Source of the DNA: Pseudomonadota bacterium
Lineage (GTDB): Bacteria > Pseudomonadota > Alphaproteobacteria > Rhizobiales > Rhizobiaceae
Length of the DNA: 57,708 nt
Assembly (NCBI GenBank): GCA_039030215.1
Contig: JBCCEP010000001.1
Coordinates: 1 to 57,708 of the forward strand
Direction: 5' to 3'
How positions within the stretch are numbered: position 1 is the stretch's first letter; each line of letters starts with the position of its first letter. The notes under the pieces were generated by a model. The model saw nothing but the letters and a program-made list of their open reading frames with translations, was not told the DNA's origin and ran no database searches. Position numbers and translations under genes: made by a program. Below, one piece after another: positions 29,431 through 38,244 of this stretch.

Positions 29431-29924
29431 TGCCCGGCCCCGTCCTCAATATAAACGACGTCGAGATGCGCGACTTTGGCAATGGCGAAGGATTCGAAGC
29501 CAAAGTTGGATCGTTTGGTGAAATGATCGGCTCGACCGGAATGGGCGTGATGTTGCATGAGGTCGAGCCGGGAAAGAAGGCCTTTCCGTTCCACAACCAC
29601 CACAAGATCGAGGAACTGTTCGTGATCCTGGAAGGTGAGGGCACCTATCGGTTTGGCAAAGAGCGCTACCCGATAAAGGCCGGAGATGTTTGTGCAGCGC
29701 CGACCGGCGGTCCGGACAAGGCGCATCAGATTATCAATACTGGCGACAAGCAACTGAAATATCTGGGTATTTCGACCAAGGCTGATCCCGAAGTCGTGGA
29801 ATATCCCGATTCAAACAAATTCGTGGTCATGAGCCGGTTCGATTGGTCGAATCCGAAAGCCGGTGGCATCCGCCACATGACCAGACCAGAAAACAGCCTC
29901 GATTATTTCGACGGCGAGGAATGA
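29430..29924 (+). CDS. Cupin domain protein embedded in the suf operon
   Basis: About 164 aa. The cupin motif is FPFHNHHKIEELFVILEGEG...PIKAGDV. The start (GTG 29427 or ATG 29430) overlaps the sufB stop (GTGATG), and sufC begins 12 nt after its stop. Confidence 0.8.
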   Translation: MPGPVLNINDVEMRDFGNGEGFEAKVGSFGEMIGSTGMGVMLHEVEPGKKAFPFHNHHKIEELFVILEGEGTYRFGKERYPIKAGDVCAAPTGGPDKAHQIINTGDKQLKYLGISTKADPEVVEYPDSNKFVVMSRFDWSNPKAGGIRHMTRPENSLDYFDGEE

Positions 29925-29936
29925 CGCAGGAAAGAC

Positions 29937-30698
29937 ATGACTATGCTTGAGATCAAGAACCTCCATGTTCGCATTGAGGAAGAAGGAACGGAAATCATCA
30001 ACGGCCTGAACCTGTCCGTAAAGGCGGGCGAAGTTGCCGCGATCATGGGCCCGAATGGTTCGGGAAAGTCGACGCTTTCCTACGCGCTGGCCGGTCGCGA
30101 CGGTTATGAAGTGACCGAGGGTGAAGTCCTGTTCAAGGGTGAGAACATCCTGGATATGGATCCGGAAGAACGCGCGGCTTCGGGCATATTCCTGGCTTTT
30201 CAGTATCCGGTCGAAATCCCAGGCGTGGCGACGATCAATTTCCTGAAAGCGGCAATGAACTCTCAACGCAAGGCCCGCGGAGAGGCAGAGTTCACAACGC
30301 CGGAATTCATCCGCATGGTCAAGGAGGCTGCCGGCAGCCTGAACATCTCCATGGAAATGCTCAAGCGCCCGCTCAATGTCGGCTTTTCAGGCGGCGAAAA
30401 GAAACGCGCGGAAATTTTGCAAATGGCGCTGCTGCAGCCGCAGCTATGCGTCATGGATGAAACCGATTCCGGCCTGGATATTGACGCGCTCAAGATCGTG
30501 GCAGATGGGGTGAATGCATTGCGCTCGCCGGATCGTGCCTTTGTGGTCATTACCCATTACCAGCGCCTGCTCCAGCACATCGTGCCGGACAGCGTGCATG
30601 TACTCTATGACGGGCGGATTATCCGCTCCGGAGACAAGGATCTCGCGCTCCATCTCGAAGAGTTCGGCTACGCCGATATCATTGCGGATGCCGCATAA
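29937..30698 (+). CDS. sufC: Fe-S cluster assembly ATPase SufC
   Basis: Contains GPNGSGKSTL Walker A, FSGGEKKR signature and MDETDSGLD Walker B. Confidence 0.97.
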   Translation: MTMLEIKNLHVRIEEEGTEIINGLNLSVKAGEVAAIMGPNGSGKSTLSYALAGRDGYEVTEGEVLFKGENILDMDPEERAASGIFLAFQYPVEIPGVATINFLKAAMNSQRKARGEAEFTTPEFIRMVKEAAGSLNISMEMLKRPLNVGFSGGEKKRAEILQMALLQPQLCVMDETDSGLDIDALKIVADGVNALRSPDRAFVVITHYQRLLQHIVPDSVHVLYDGRIIRSGDKDLALHLEEFGYADIIADAA

Positions 30699-30724
30699 AT
30701 ACCGCCGCATGGCAGGATAGATGA

Positions 30725-31978
30725 ATGATGCTGAAGAAGATTGAAAATTTGACGCAAGCCGAAGAGGCAATTCTGGCTGCTTCAACACTGCTGGGGCCGG
30801 ACAAGGAACGAACGGCGGCAGCCGATACGCTGCGGGCCCATGGTCTGCCGACAAGGCGGGTCGAGTCCTGGCACTACACCGATTTACGCAATCAGCTGAA
30901 GGCGTTTCCCGAAAACACCCAATCCGCCAGCAAGAAGCAGGCTGACGAATGGCTGGATAATTGCAGCGAATTCTTGCCGGCGTTGCGGTTGGCTTTCCTC
31001 AATGGGGTGTTTCTTGAGGGCCCGACGGAAGTCTTGCCGGCAGGGTTGAACCTGCAAACCGGCCTGGCGAATGGCGGCTATCGCGATGCGACCGACGCCG
31101 TGGCATTGATCAATTCGATGCTTGCTGTCGATGGGGTGAAAATCTCGATCGATGCCGGTGCTGCCATCAACGAACCGGTAGAGCTGCTGCACGGCGTTAC
31201 CGGTGACAGCGCCTCGGCGTGCCGCCACTCGATTACGCTTGGCGCTGGCGCCTCTGCGAGTTTTATCGAACGTCACATCAGCGAAAGCAGCCAACCGGCC
31301 TTTTCCAATACAGTCACCGACCTGTCCCTGGAAAAAGGTGCCAATGTGCGTTGGATCATCGTCCAGGAAGAGGGCGAACACACAAACCATCTTGGCCAGT
31401 TGAATGTCACGCTTGGCGAAGATGCACGGCTTGAAATCCTGATCCTGAATGCTGGTGGCGCGCTTGTGCGACGCGAGATAAATGTCGCGGTACTCGGACC
31501 AAATTCCGATCTGAGCATTCGAGGCGTAAACCTGATAGGCGAAGGTGCCCATATAGATGTCACAACCAGCCTTTTGCATGAGGCCCCGGATACGATATCG
31601 AATGAGATCTTTCGTAATGTCGCAACCGGCAACGGCAAGGGCGTGTTTCAGGGTGAAATCCGGGTTGCCAAGGATGCCCAGAAAACCGATGCACGCATGG
31701 CATGCAATACATTGCTTCTCTCCGACGAGGCGGAATATTCCGCGAAGCCGGAACTGGAGATTTTTGCTGATGACGTTCAATGCGCCCACGGCGCGACCGT
31801 CACCGACATTCTCGACGATCATCTGTTTTATTTGCGCGCGCGCGGATTATCAGAACGCGATGCACGTGCGCTCCTGGTAAAGGCCTTTGTCGAAGAGGTA
31901 TTCGACGAGATCGAAGAAGACGATTTGCGGGACAAACTAAACGCCCGCATCGAGAACTGGCTGGACAATCATGGCTGA
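30725..31978 (+). CDS. sufD: Fe-S cluster assembly protein SufD
   Basis: 417 aa with the conserved C-terminal beta-helix region (ADDVQCAHGATV, FYLRARGL). Confidence 0.93.
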   Translation: MMLKKIENLTQAEEAILAASTLLGPDKERTAAADTLRAHGLPTRRVESWHYTDLRNQLKAFPENTQSASKKQADEWLDNCSEFLPALRLAFLNGVFLEGPTEVLPAGLNLQTGLANGGYRDATDAVALINSMLAVDGVKISIDAGAAINEPVELLHGVTGDSASACRHSITLGAGASASFIERHISESSQPAFSNTVTDLSLEKGANVRWIIVQEEGEHTNHLGQLNVTLGEDARLEILILNAGGALVRREINVAVLGPNSDLSIRGVNLIGEGAHIDVTTSLLHEAPDTISNEIFRNVATGNGKGVFQGEIRVAKDAQKTDARMACNTLLLSDEAEYSAKPELEIFADDVQCAHGATVTDILDDHLFYLRARGLSERDARALLVKAFVEEVFDEIEEDDLRDKLNARIENWLDNHG

Positions 31979-33215
31979 CGCTGCACTGGCGACAAGACAA
32001 TTTGACGTGGAGGCGGTTCGTGCCGACTTCCCGATTCTGTCTCGCAAGGTCTACGACAAACCGCTCGTCTATCTGGACAATGGCGCATCGGCTCAAAAAC
32101 CGACTGCAGTACTGGATGCGATCCAGCATGCTTACTCAAATGAATATGCCAACGTCCATCGCGGACTGCATTTCCTTTCAAACGCTGCTACGGAAGCCTA
32201 CGAGGCTGCGCGTGAGAAGGTGAGGGCATTTATCAATGCCCCATCGGTCAATGAGGTGATTTTCACCAAAAGCGCTACCGAAGCGATCAATACGGTCGCC
32301 TATGGCTGGGCAATGCAGCATTTGCGCGAGGGTGACGAGATAATCATCTCGATCATGGAGCATCACTCCAACATTGTACCTTGGCATTTCCTGCGTGAGA
32401 GGATGGGCGTCAAACTGATCTGGGCGCCGGTTGAAGACGACGGTTCCTTCGACCTTGAAAAACTCGAAGCCCTGATTACCGATCGCACGAAACTGATTGC
32501 TATCACCCATATGTCGAATGTGCTTGGAACGGTGATTCCGCTCAAGAAAGTGGTCAAAATGGCCCATGAGCGTGATATTGCGGTTCTCGCCGATGGCAGC
32601 CAGGCAGCGGTGCATATGCCCGTTGACGTTCAGGATCTTGATATCGACTTCTATGTCTTCACCGGGCACAAGCTTTACGGCCCGACGGGAATTGGCGTTC
32701 TGTATGGCAAAATGGAACGGTTGGAATCGATGCGGCCATTCCAGGGCGGCGGAGAGATGATTACCGACGTTTTCACCGATGAGATAACCTATGCCGAGCC
32801 GCCGCATCGTTTTGAAGCTGGTACGCCGCCCATCGTTCAGGCAATCGGGTTAGGTGCGGCTATTGATTATGTCGAGGCAATTGGCCGCCAACCGGTGCTC
32901 GACCATGAAAACGACTTGCGCGACTACGCCCATGAACGACTGTCAAAGGTCAATTCGCTCCGGATTTTCGGCAATGCCCCAGGCAAGGGCGCAATCCTTT
33001 CGTTTGAAATGGAGGGCATCCATGCCCATGACGTGTCCATGGTGATTGACCGGGCCGGCGTGGCAGTTCGGGCCGGGACCCATTGTGCGCAACCCTTGCT
33101 TAAAAGGTTTGGCGTAACTTCGACATGCCGGGCCTCCTTTGCTATGTATAATACAAGGGCTGAAGTGGATGCATTGGCTGATGCATTGGAGCGGGCCAGG
33201 AGTTTTTTTGCATGA
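31971..33215 (+). CDS. sufS: Cysteine desulfurase SufS (group II)
   Basis: Contains the FTGHKLYGPTGIG PLP-lysine motif and the RAGTHCAQP active-site Cys. It overlaps sufD by 8 nt. Confidence 0.95.
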   Translation: MADAALATRQFDVEAVRADFPILSRKVYDKPLVYLDNGASAQKPTAVLDAIQHAYSNEYANVHRGLHFLSNAATEAYEAAREKVRAFINAPSVNEVIFTKSATEAINTVAYGWAMQHLREGDEIIISIMEHHSNIVPWHFLRERMGVKLIWAPVEDDGSFDLEKLEALITDRTKLIAITHMSNVLGTVIPLKKVVKMAHERDIAVLADGSQAAVHMPVDVQDLDIDFYVFTGHKLYGPTGIGVLYGKMERLESMRPFQGGGEMITDVFTDEITYAEPPHRFEAGTPPIVQAIGLGAAIDYVEAIGRQPVLDHENDLRDYAHERLSKVNSLRIFGNAPGKGAILSFEMEGIHAHDVSMVIDRAGVAVRAGTHCAQPLLKRFGVTSTCRASFAMYNTRAEVDALADALERARSFFA

Positions 33216-33643
33216 ACCAGGAAACACAAATGGCTGAAACGGAACAGATTGCGGAAACCGCCCCGCAAACCGAAGAGCACGGCCCCAATGAGGCCGAACT
33301 CAACACCAATGCCGTGTCCGCCATTCCGGCTGATGAACTGGAACGTTTGACGACCGATATCATTGCGGCGCTAAAGACTGTCTACGATCCTGAAATCCCG
33401 TCGGATATCTATGAGATCGGGCTTATATATCGCATCGATATAGAGGACGATCGGACGATTAAGATCGATATGACACTGACTGCGCCGGGCTGCCCCGTCG
33501 CCGGTGAAATGCCCGGCTGGGTTCACGATGCGGTGGCGACAGTTCCCGGTGTCATGGACGTGGAAGTCAACATGGTATTCGATCCACCCTGGACACCCGA
33601 CAGGCTGTCGGAAGAAGCACAGATCGCATTAGGCTGGTTTTGA
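33212..33643 (+). CDS. sufT: DUF59/SufT-type Fe-S assembly protein
   Basis: Contains VYDPEIPSDIYEIGLIY and LTAPGCP motifs. There is an ATGA overlap with sufS. Confidence 0.85.
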   Translation: MNQETQMAETEQIAETAPQTEEHGPNEAELNTNAVSAIPADELERLTTDIIAALKTVYDPEIPSDIYEIGLIYRIDIEDDRTIKIDMTLTAPGCPVAGEMPGWVHDAVATVPGVMDVEVNMVFDPPWTPDRLSEEAQIALGWF

Positions 33644-33680
33644 GAATTACCGGACCCCATATCAGGTTCAGGAGAACAAG

Positions 33681-34070
33681 ATGCCCGGATTTGAAGTAAT
33701 TTCCGTAACTGACGCTGCAAGGAAGCGCCTGGCTGCGATCATGGCTTCCAATGCAGACGCATTGGGTATTCGCATCGGCGTCAAGAATGGCGGCTGTGCC
33801 GGCATGGAATATACGGTCGATCTGGTCAGTGAAGCGGTCGACGGCGAAGACAAGGTCGAAACCCCGGAAGGAACAATCTGGGTAGCGCCACAGGCTGTGC
33901 TGTTCCTGTTGGGGACTGAATTTGACTATGAAATCACCAAGCTTCGCAACGGGTTTGTTTTCAATAATCCAAACCAGACATCCGCCTGCGGTTGCGGAGA
34001 ATCAGTGGAATTGACACCGGCTCAAATGACACCGGAGATGCTCCAGGCCCGCTCCGGCCCCTCTACCTGA
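33681..34070 (+). CDS. sufA: A-type Fe-S cluster carrier (SufA/IscA/ErpA family)
   Basis: Contains GGCAGMEY and C-terminal CGCGES motifs. About 20 extra C-terminal residues follow the Cys motif. Confidence 0.88.
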   Translation: MPGFEVISVTDAARKRLAAIMASNADALGIRIGVKNGGCAGMEYTVDLVSEAVDGEDKVETPEGTIWVAPQAVLFLLGTEFDYEITKLRNGFVFNNPNQTSACGCGESVELTPAQMTPEMLQARSGPST

Positions 34071-34080
34071 ATATCGCTTG

Positions 34081-34746
34081 ATGAGCCTTTTCTTACGTCT
34101 CAAGTCCGACTGCACGGCAGAATGGGAAGCCTATACCCGTCATGAATTTGTACGTGGAATGGGCGATGGCACCTTGCCCAAGGCCTGCTTTCAGCACTAT
34201 TTGATTCAGGATTACCTCTTTCTCATCCAATTTGCGCGGGCCTATGCACTCGCAGTCTACAAGGCAGACTCGCTCGATATGATGCGCGGCGCGCTGGATG
34301 GCCTCAAGGCCATTCTCGAGGTGGAAATGCAACTGCATTTAAAGCACTGTAAAGAATGGGGATTGTCGCCAGCTGAAGTGGAAAGGACGCCTGAATCACT
34401 CGCCACATTGGCCTATACAAGATTTGTCCTTGAAGCCGGACAGTCCGGTGATTTGCTCGACCTTTATGTGGCACTGGCACCCTGCATGGTAGGCTACGCC
34501 GAAATAGGCAGTGCGCTCAGTGCGAACAAGGCAAATCCGGCATCTGAAAATCCCTATGATGTTTGGATCGACGAATATGCTTCAGAGGCTTATCAGCAGA
34601 TCGCAAGCGACACAGTTGACCTGATCGATACCCTTGCGGAAGCTTCGTTTACCGAAAAGCGGTATCCGAAGCTGCGTGAATTGTTTCGCCAGGCAACGCG
34701 GCTGGAGGCTGATTTCTGGGAAATGGGCCTTCGGTTGGCACCCTGA
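34081..34746 (+). CDS. tenA: TenA family thiaminase II / aminopyrimidine aminohydrolase
   Basis: Contains HEFVRGMGDGTLPKACFQHYLIQDYLFL, a TenA signature. It starts about 10 nt after sufA. Confidence 0.85.
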   Translation: MSLFLRLKSDCTAEWEAYTRHEFVRGMGDGTLPKACFQHYLIQDYLFLIQFARAYALAVYKADSLDMMRGALDGLKAILEVEMQLHLKHCKEWGLSPAEVERTPESLATLAYTRFVLEAGQSGDLLDLYVALAPCMVGYAEIGSALSANKANPASENPYDVWIDEYASEAYQQIASDTVDLIDTLAEASFTEKRYPKLRELFRQATRLEADFWEMGLRLAP

Positions 34747-34890
34747 ACCAGCGAGTTCTTTTGTTTCTGGTTTCTCGACTGGAACAACAAAATTCAACAT
34801 TTTAAAGGAACGCGATCACAGCCTACTTGACAGATATGGAACAAAAAGAACAAATATAGAACATAATCAGGTTGATCAGGGAGTAGAAGC

Positions 34891-35325
34891 ATGTCTGACG
34901 AGAACCCCAGCATCATGTCTCACGTTTCGGTGGGTACGAACGACTTCGAAAAGGCGATCAAATTCTACGATGACGTGCTCGCCACCGTGGGTGCGACACG
35001 GGTCCTAGACCTTAGCGAATTCAGGGCTGTCGCCTATGGCAAGAAATTTCCGGAATTTTGGGTGAACGAGCCGTATGATGGCGACAAGGCGCAGGCTGGC
35101 AACGGTGCGCACTTTGCATTTATGGCACCGTCGAAAGATGCAGTTCATGCGTTTTGGGAAAAAGCGATTGAGTTGGGAGCAGTACCGGATGGTGAGCCCG
35201 GCGGAAGACCACAATATGGGGAGGCATATTATGGATGTTTTGTCCGCGATCTCGATGGAAACAAGATAGAAGCCATGTATTGGGATATGTCGCTGGCGCC
35301 TGATCCGGTTTCTGGGCACGCATAA
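34891..35325 (+). CDS. VOC (glyoxalase/bleomycin-resistance) family protein
   Basis: 144 aa. Contains HVSVGTNDFEKAIKFYD and GNKIEAMY motifs. Confidence 0.8.
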   Translation: MSDENPSIMSHVSVGTNDFEKAIKFYDDVLATVGATRVLDLSEFRAVAYGKKFPEFWVNEPYDGDKAQAGNGAHFAFMAPSKDAVHAFWEKAIELGAVPDGEPGGRPQYGEAYYGCFVRDLDGNKIEAMYWDMSLAPDPVSGHA

Positions 35326-35330
35326 TCAAG

Positions 35331-35711
35331 ATGGCAATTTCCGCTTCTTACCTGGAATATCTGGAAGAACTGTTTTCAGGAGTTCCTGGTGCTTCAATCC
35401 GGAAGATGTTCGGTGGGGTAGGGGTGTTTCGTCACGGATTGATGTTTGCCTTGGCAACCAGCGATGGAAAGGTGGCTTTCAAGGCTGACCAGAATACCAT
35501 CCCTGAATTTGTGGGTGCAGGATCCTCGGAATGGGTCTACGAAAACAAGTCGGGCAAACCGACATCCATGGGATATTGGTATGCACCGGATTTCCTGCTG
35601 GATGATGCAGGTGAATTTTCCAAATGGGCGGAACAGGCCTTTGATACCGCCGCCCGCCTTGATGCACTAAAGCCGGAAAAGCAGCGAAAGTTGAAACCAG
35701 CAGGGCTGTAG
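35331..35711 (+). CDS. TfoX/Sxy N-terminal domain protein
   Basis: 126 aa with the RKMFGGVGVF motif typical of the TfoX_N domain. Confidence 0.75.
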   Translation: MAISASYLEYLEELFSGVPGASIRKMFGGVGVFRHGLMFALATSDGKVAFKADQNTIPEFVGAGSSEWVYENKSGKPTSMGYWYAPDFLLDDAGEFSKWAEQAFDTAARLDALKPEKQRKLKPAGL

Positions 35712-35745
35712 ATCGGCAAACTCTGTTGAATGGACCGGCACAACG

Positions 35746-35780
35746 AAAAACGCCCCGATGTTTCCATCGGGGCGTTTTCT
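35746..35780. terminator. Bidirectional rho-independent terminator between the convergent tfoX-like gene and glnA
   Basis: A perfect 10-bp stem CGCCCCGATG/CATCGGGGCG with loop TTTC. It is flanked by A5 upstream and T4 downstream. Confidence 0.7.
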
Positions 35781-35793
35781 GGTAAGGCCTTGA

Positions 35794-37203
35794 TTAGACC
35801 GAGTAATACATGTCGAATTCGACCGGATGAGGTGTCATCTCGAAACGAGCAACCTCTTCCATCTTCAATTCGATATAGGCATCGATCTGATCCTTATCGA
35901 AGACACCGCCTTCCAGCAGGAACTTGTGGTCTTTTGCAAGGCTTTCCACCGCTTCACGCAGCGAACCGCAAACGGTGGCAATCTTCTTCAGTTCCTTTGG
36001 CGGCAGATCATAAAGATCCTTGTCCATTGCTGCGCCCGGATGGATCTTGTTCTTGATGCCGTCAATACCCGCCATCAGCATGGCCGAGAAGCCCAGATAT
36101 GGGTTCTGTGTCGGATCTGGGAAGCGTACTTCTACGCGTTTTGACTTTGGCGAGGAGCCAAACGGAATACGACAGGATGCCGAACGGTTACGGGCCGAAT
36201 AGGCAAGCAGTACCGGTGCTTCGTAACCCGGGACCAGGCGCTTGTAGGAGTTGGTCGACGGGTTGGTGAAGGCATTCAGAGCTTTCGCATGCTTGATGAT
36301 ACCGCCGATATAATAGAGGCAGGATTCAGAAAGACCTGCATATTCATTACCGGCAAAGGTAGGTTTGCCATCTTTCCAGATCGACTGGTGACAATGCATG
36401 CCGGTTCCGTTGTCGCCGAAGACAGGCTTCGGCATGAAGGTCGCTGTCTTGCCATAGGCATGAGCAACCTGGTGCACGGCATATTTGTAGATCTGCATTT
36501 GGTCGGCACTGGTCACCATTGGCGCGAACTTGATGCCGAGTTCATGCTGTGCAGCGGCAACTTCGTGGTGATGCTTTTCAACTTCAACGCCCATTTCTGT
36601 CAGGACGGTGAGCATTTCGCTCCGATAATCCTGACCGGAATCAACCGGCGGAACCGGGAAATAACCACCGGTGGTACGTGGGCGGTGACCCATATTTCCG
36701 GCTTCATATTCCGTTCCCAGGTTCGACGGTAATTCACTGCTGTCGATATTGAACCCGGTATTGTACGGATCCGTTGAAAAACGGATATCGTCGAAGACAA
36801 AAAATTCCGCTTCCGGTCCGAAAAACACAGTGTCGCCAATGCCGGATGCCTTGAGATAGGCTTCGGCCTTCCGGGCGGTGCCGCGGGGATCGCGGTTGTA
36901 GGGCTCTCCGGAAACCGGATCCAGAATGTCGCAGAAGATTGCCAGTGTGGACTGGGCAAAGAATGGATCGATATAGGCGGACTCAGGATCCAGCATCAAG
37001 TTCATGTCGGACTCGTTGATCGCCTTCCATCCTGCGATGGATGAACCGTCAAACATGACGCCTTCAGCGAACATGTCTTCATCGACGCAAGCCGCGTCCA
37101 TGGTCACATGTTGCATTTTTCCGCGCGGATCTGTGAACCGCAGATCAAGGAATTTAACGTCTTCATCCTTGATTTTTTTCAAGATTTCGCTTGCCGTGGT
37201 CAT
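35794..37203 (-). CDS. glnA: Glutamine synthetase type I
   Basis: 469 aa. Contains [18 protein letters not shown] and the adenylylation-site region NLYDLPP-like (DLYDLPPKE). Confidence 0.97.
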   Translation of the reverse strand: MTTASEILKKIKDEDVKFLDLRFTDPRGKMQHVTMDAACVDEDMFAEGVMFDGSSIAGWKAINESDMNLMLDPESAYIDPFFAQSTLAIFCDILDPVSGEPYNRDPRGTARKAEAYLKASGIGDTVFFGPEAEFFVFDDIRFSTDPYNTGFNIDSSELPSNLGTEYEAGNMGHRPRTTGGYFPVPPVDSGQDYRSEMLTVLTEMGVEVEKHHHEVAAAQHELGIKFAPMVTSADQMQIYKYAVHQVAHAYGKTATFMPKPVFGDNGTGMHCHQSIWKDGKPTFAGNEYAGLSESCLYYIGGIIKHAKALNAFTNPSTNSYKRLVPGYEAPVLLAYSARNRSASCRIPFGSSPKSKRVEVRFPDPTQNPYLGFSAMLMAGIDGIKNKIHPGAAMDKDLYDLPPKELKKIATVCGSLREAVESLAKDHKFLLEGGVFDKDQIDAYIELKMEEVARFEMTPHPVEFDMYYSV

Positions 37204-37305
37204 GCTGTTCCTTCCTTTAGCAAGTGGAAATTTCCGGCATCACAAACAAGAACCAACAAGGGTAGCTGTCGATCACGCCGAGTTTTCATCTGGTGGATCT
37301 GTCCC

Positions 37306-37686
<381 letters not shown>

Positions 37687-37719
37687 CTACTGGGGATGCC
37701 GGCCGCTCCAAAAACTAAA

Positions 37720-37734
37720 GCAATCCCCGTGCCA
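37720..37734 (-). promoter_or_regulatory. Sigma-54 (-24/-12) promoter for glnB(-glnA)
   Basis: The minus strand reads TGGCACGGGGATTGC, an exact match to TGGCAC-N5-TTGC. It lies about 75 nt upstream of the glnB ATG. Confidence 0.65.
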
Positions 37735-37847
37735 ATTTTGGTGCAATTCCAAATTGTCGGATTGGCCGGGAAAATGGGCAATTTACAGCGCCAATCAGTG
37801 GTTATTGGTCGAAACTGTCCAATGCGATGCACAAAAAATAGGCGAAA

Positions 37848-37864
37848 TGCACATAAAATGTGCG
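37848..37864. promoter_or_regulatory. Possible NtrC upstream activator site
   Basis: TGCACATAAAATGTGCG resembles TGCACC-N5-GGTGCA and contains the imperfect palindrome GCACAT-AAA-ATGTGC. It lies about 115-130 nt upstream of the sigma-54 promoter. A second TGCAC half-site is at 37828. Confidence 0.4.
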
Positions 37865-38007
37865 ATTAAACCTTGAGTTGGTCGAGAAGAGCTAAGTCTC
37901 TGGAGGTGCATTAACGTTAAAACATACGTTTTGATGCAAATTTTCAGATCCTTGTTTATAGAAAATCAGGACGGCATTTGGGCAGGTTGGCCAAACGAGG
38001 GTGAACC

Positions 38008-38166
38008 ATGAAACTGTTTATTGCATTGGCAGTGATGATATCCGGAGCGGCTTATTTGGGCTTTGTCCCGGAATTTGACTTGGCCGGAATTGTGCCGCTT
38101 TCCCTACTTGCGGGCGGAACCATAACGGTCGGCATGCTGTATTTCCTGGCCCGCGTTGAGCAATAG
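38008..38166 (+). CDS. Candidate 52-aa two-TM small membrane protein, below the ORF-track size cutoff
   Basis: Manual translation gives MKLFIALAVMISGAAYLGFVPEFDLAGIVPLSLLAGGTITVGMLYFLARVEQ. GAGGG lies about 7 nt upstream of the ATG. Confidence 0.35.
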   Translation: MKLFIALAVMISGAAYLGFVPEFDLAGIVPLSLLAGGTITVGMLYFLARVEQ

Positions 38167-38244
38167 GGCTCCAACCTGAAAAATCGAACAGTTATGCCTG
38201 AATAGATCAGCGGGCTGGTAATGGCCGGGGCAGTGCTTTTGGTC

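Noticed and set aside
30884-31822. A 312-aa ORF antisense to sufD. Similar long antisense ORFs lie opposite anmK (23804..24514), gyrA (8815..9444, 9466..10050), uvrA (1519..2154), parE (41629..42231), maeB (50654..51235) and sufS (32178..32807).
   Set aside because: All of them lie opposite strongly supported housekeeping genes. They lack SD sequences and recognisable motifs, and their composition is that of antisense frames.
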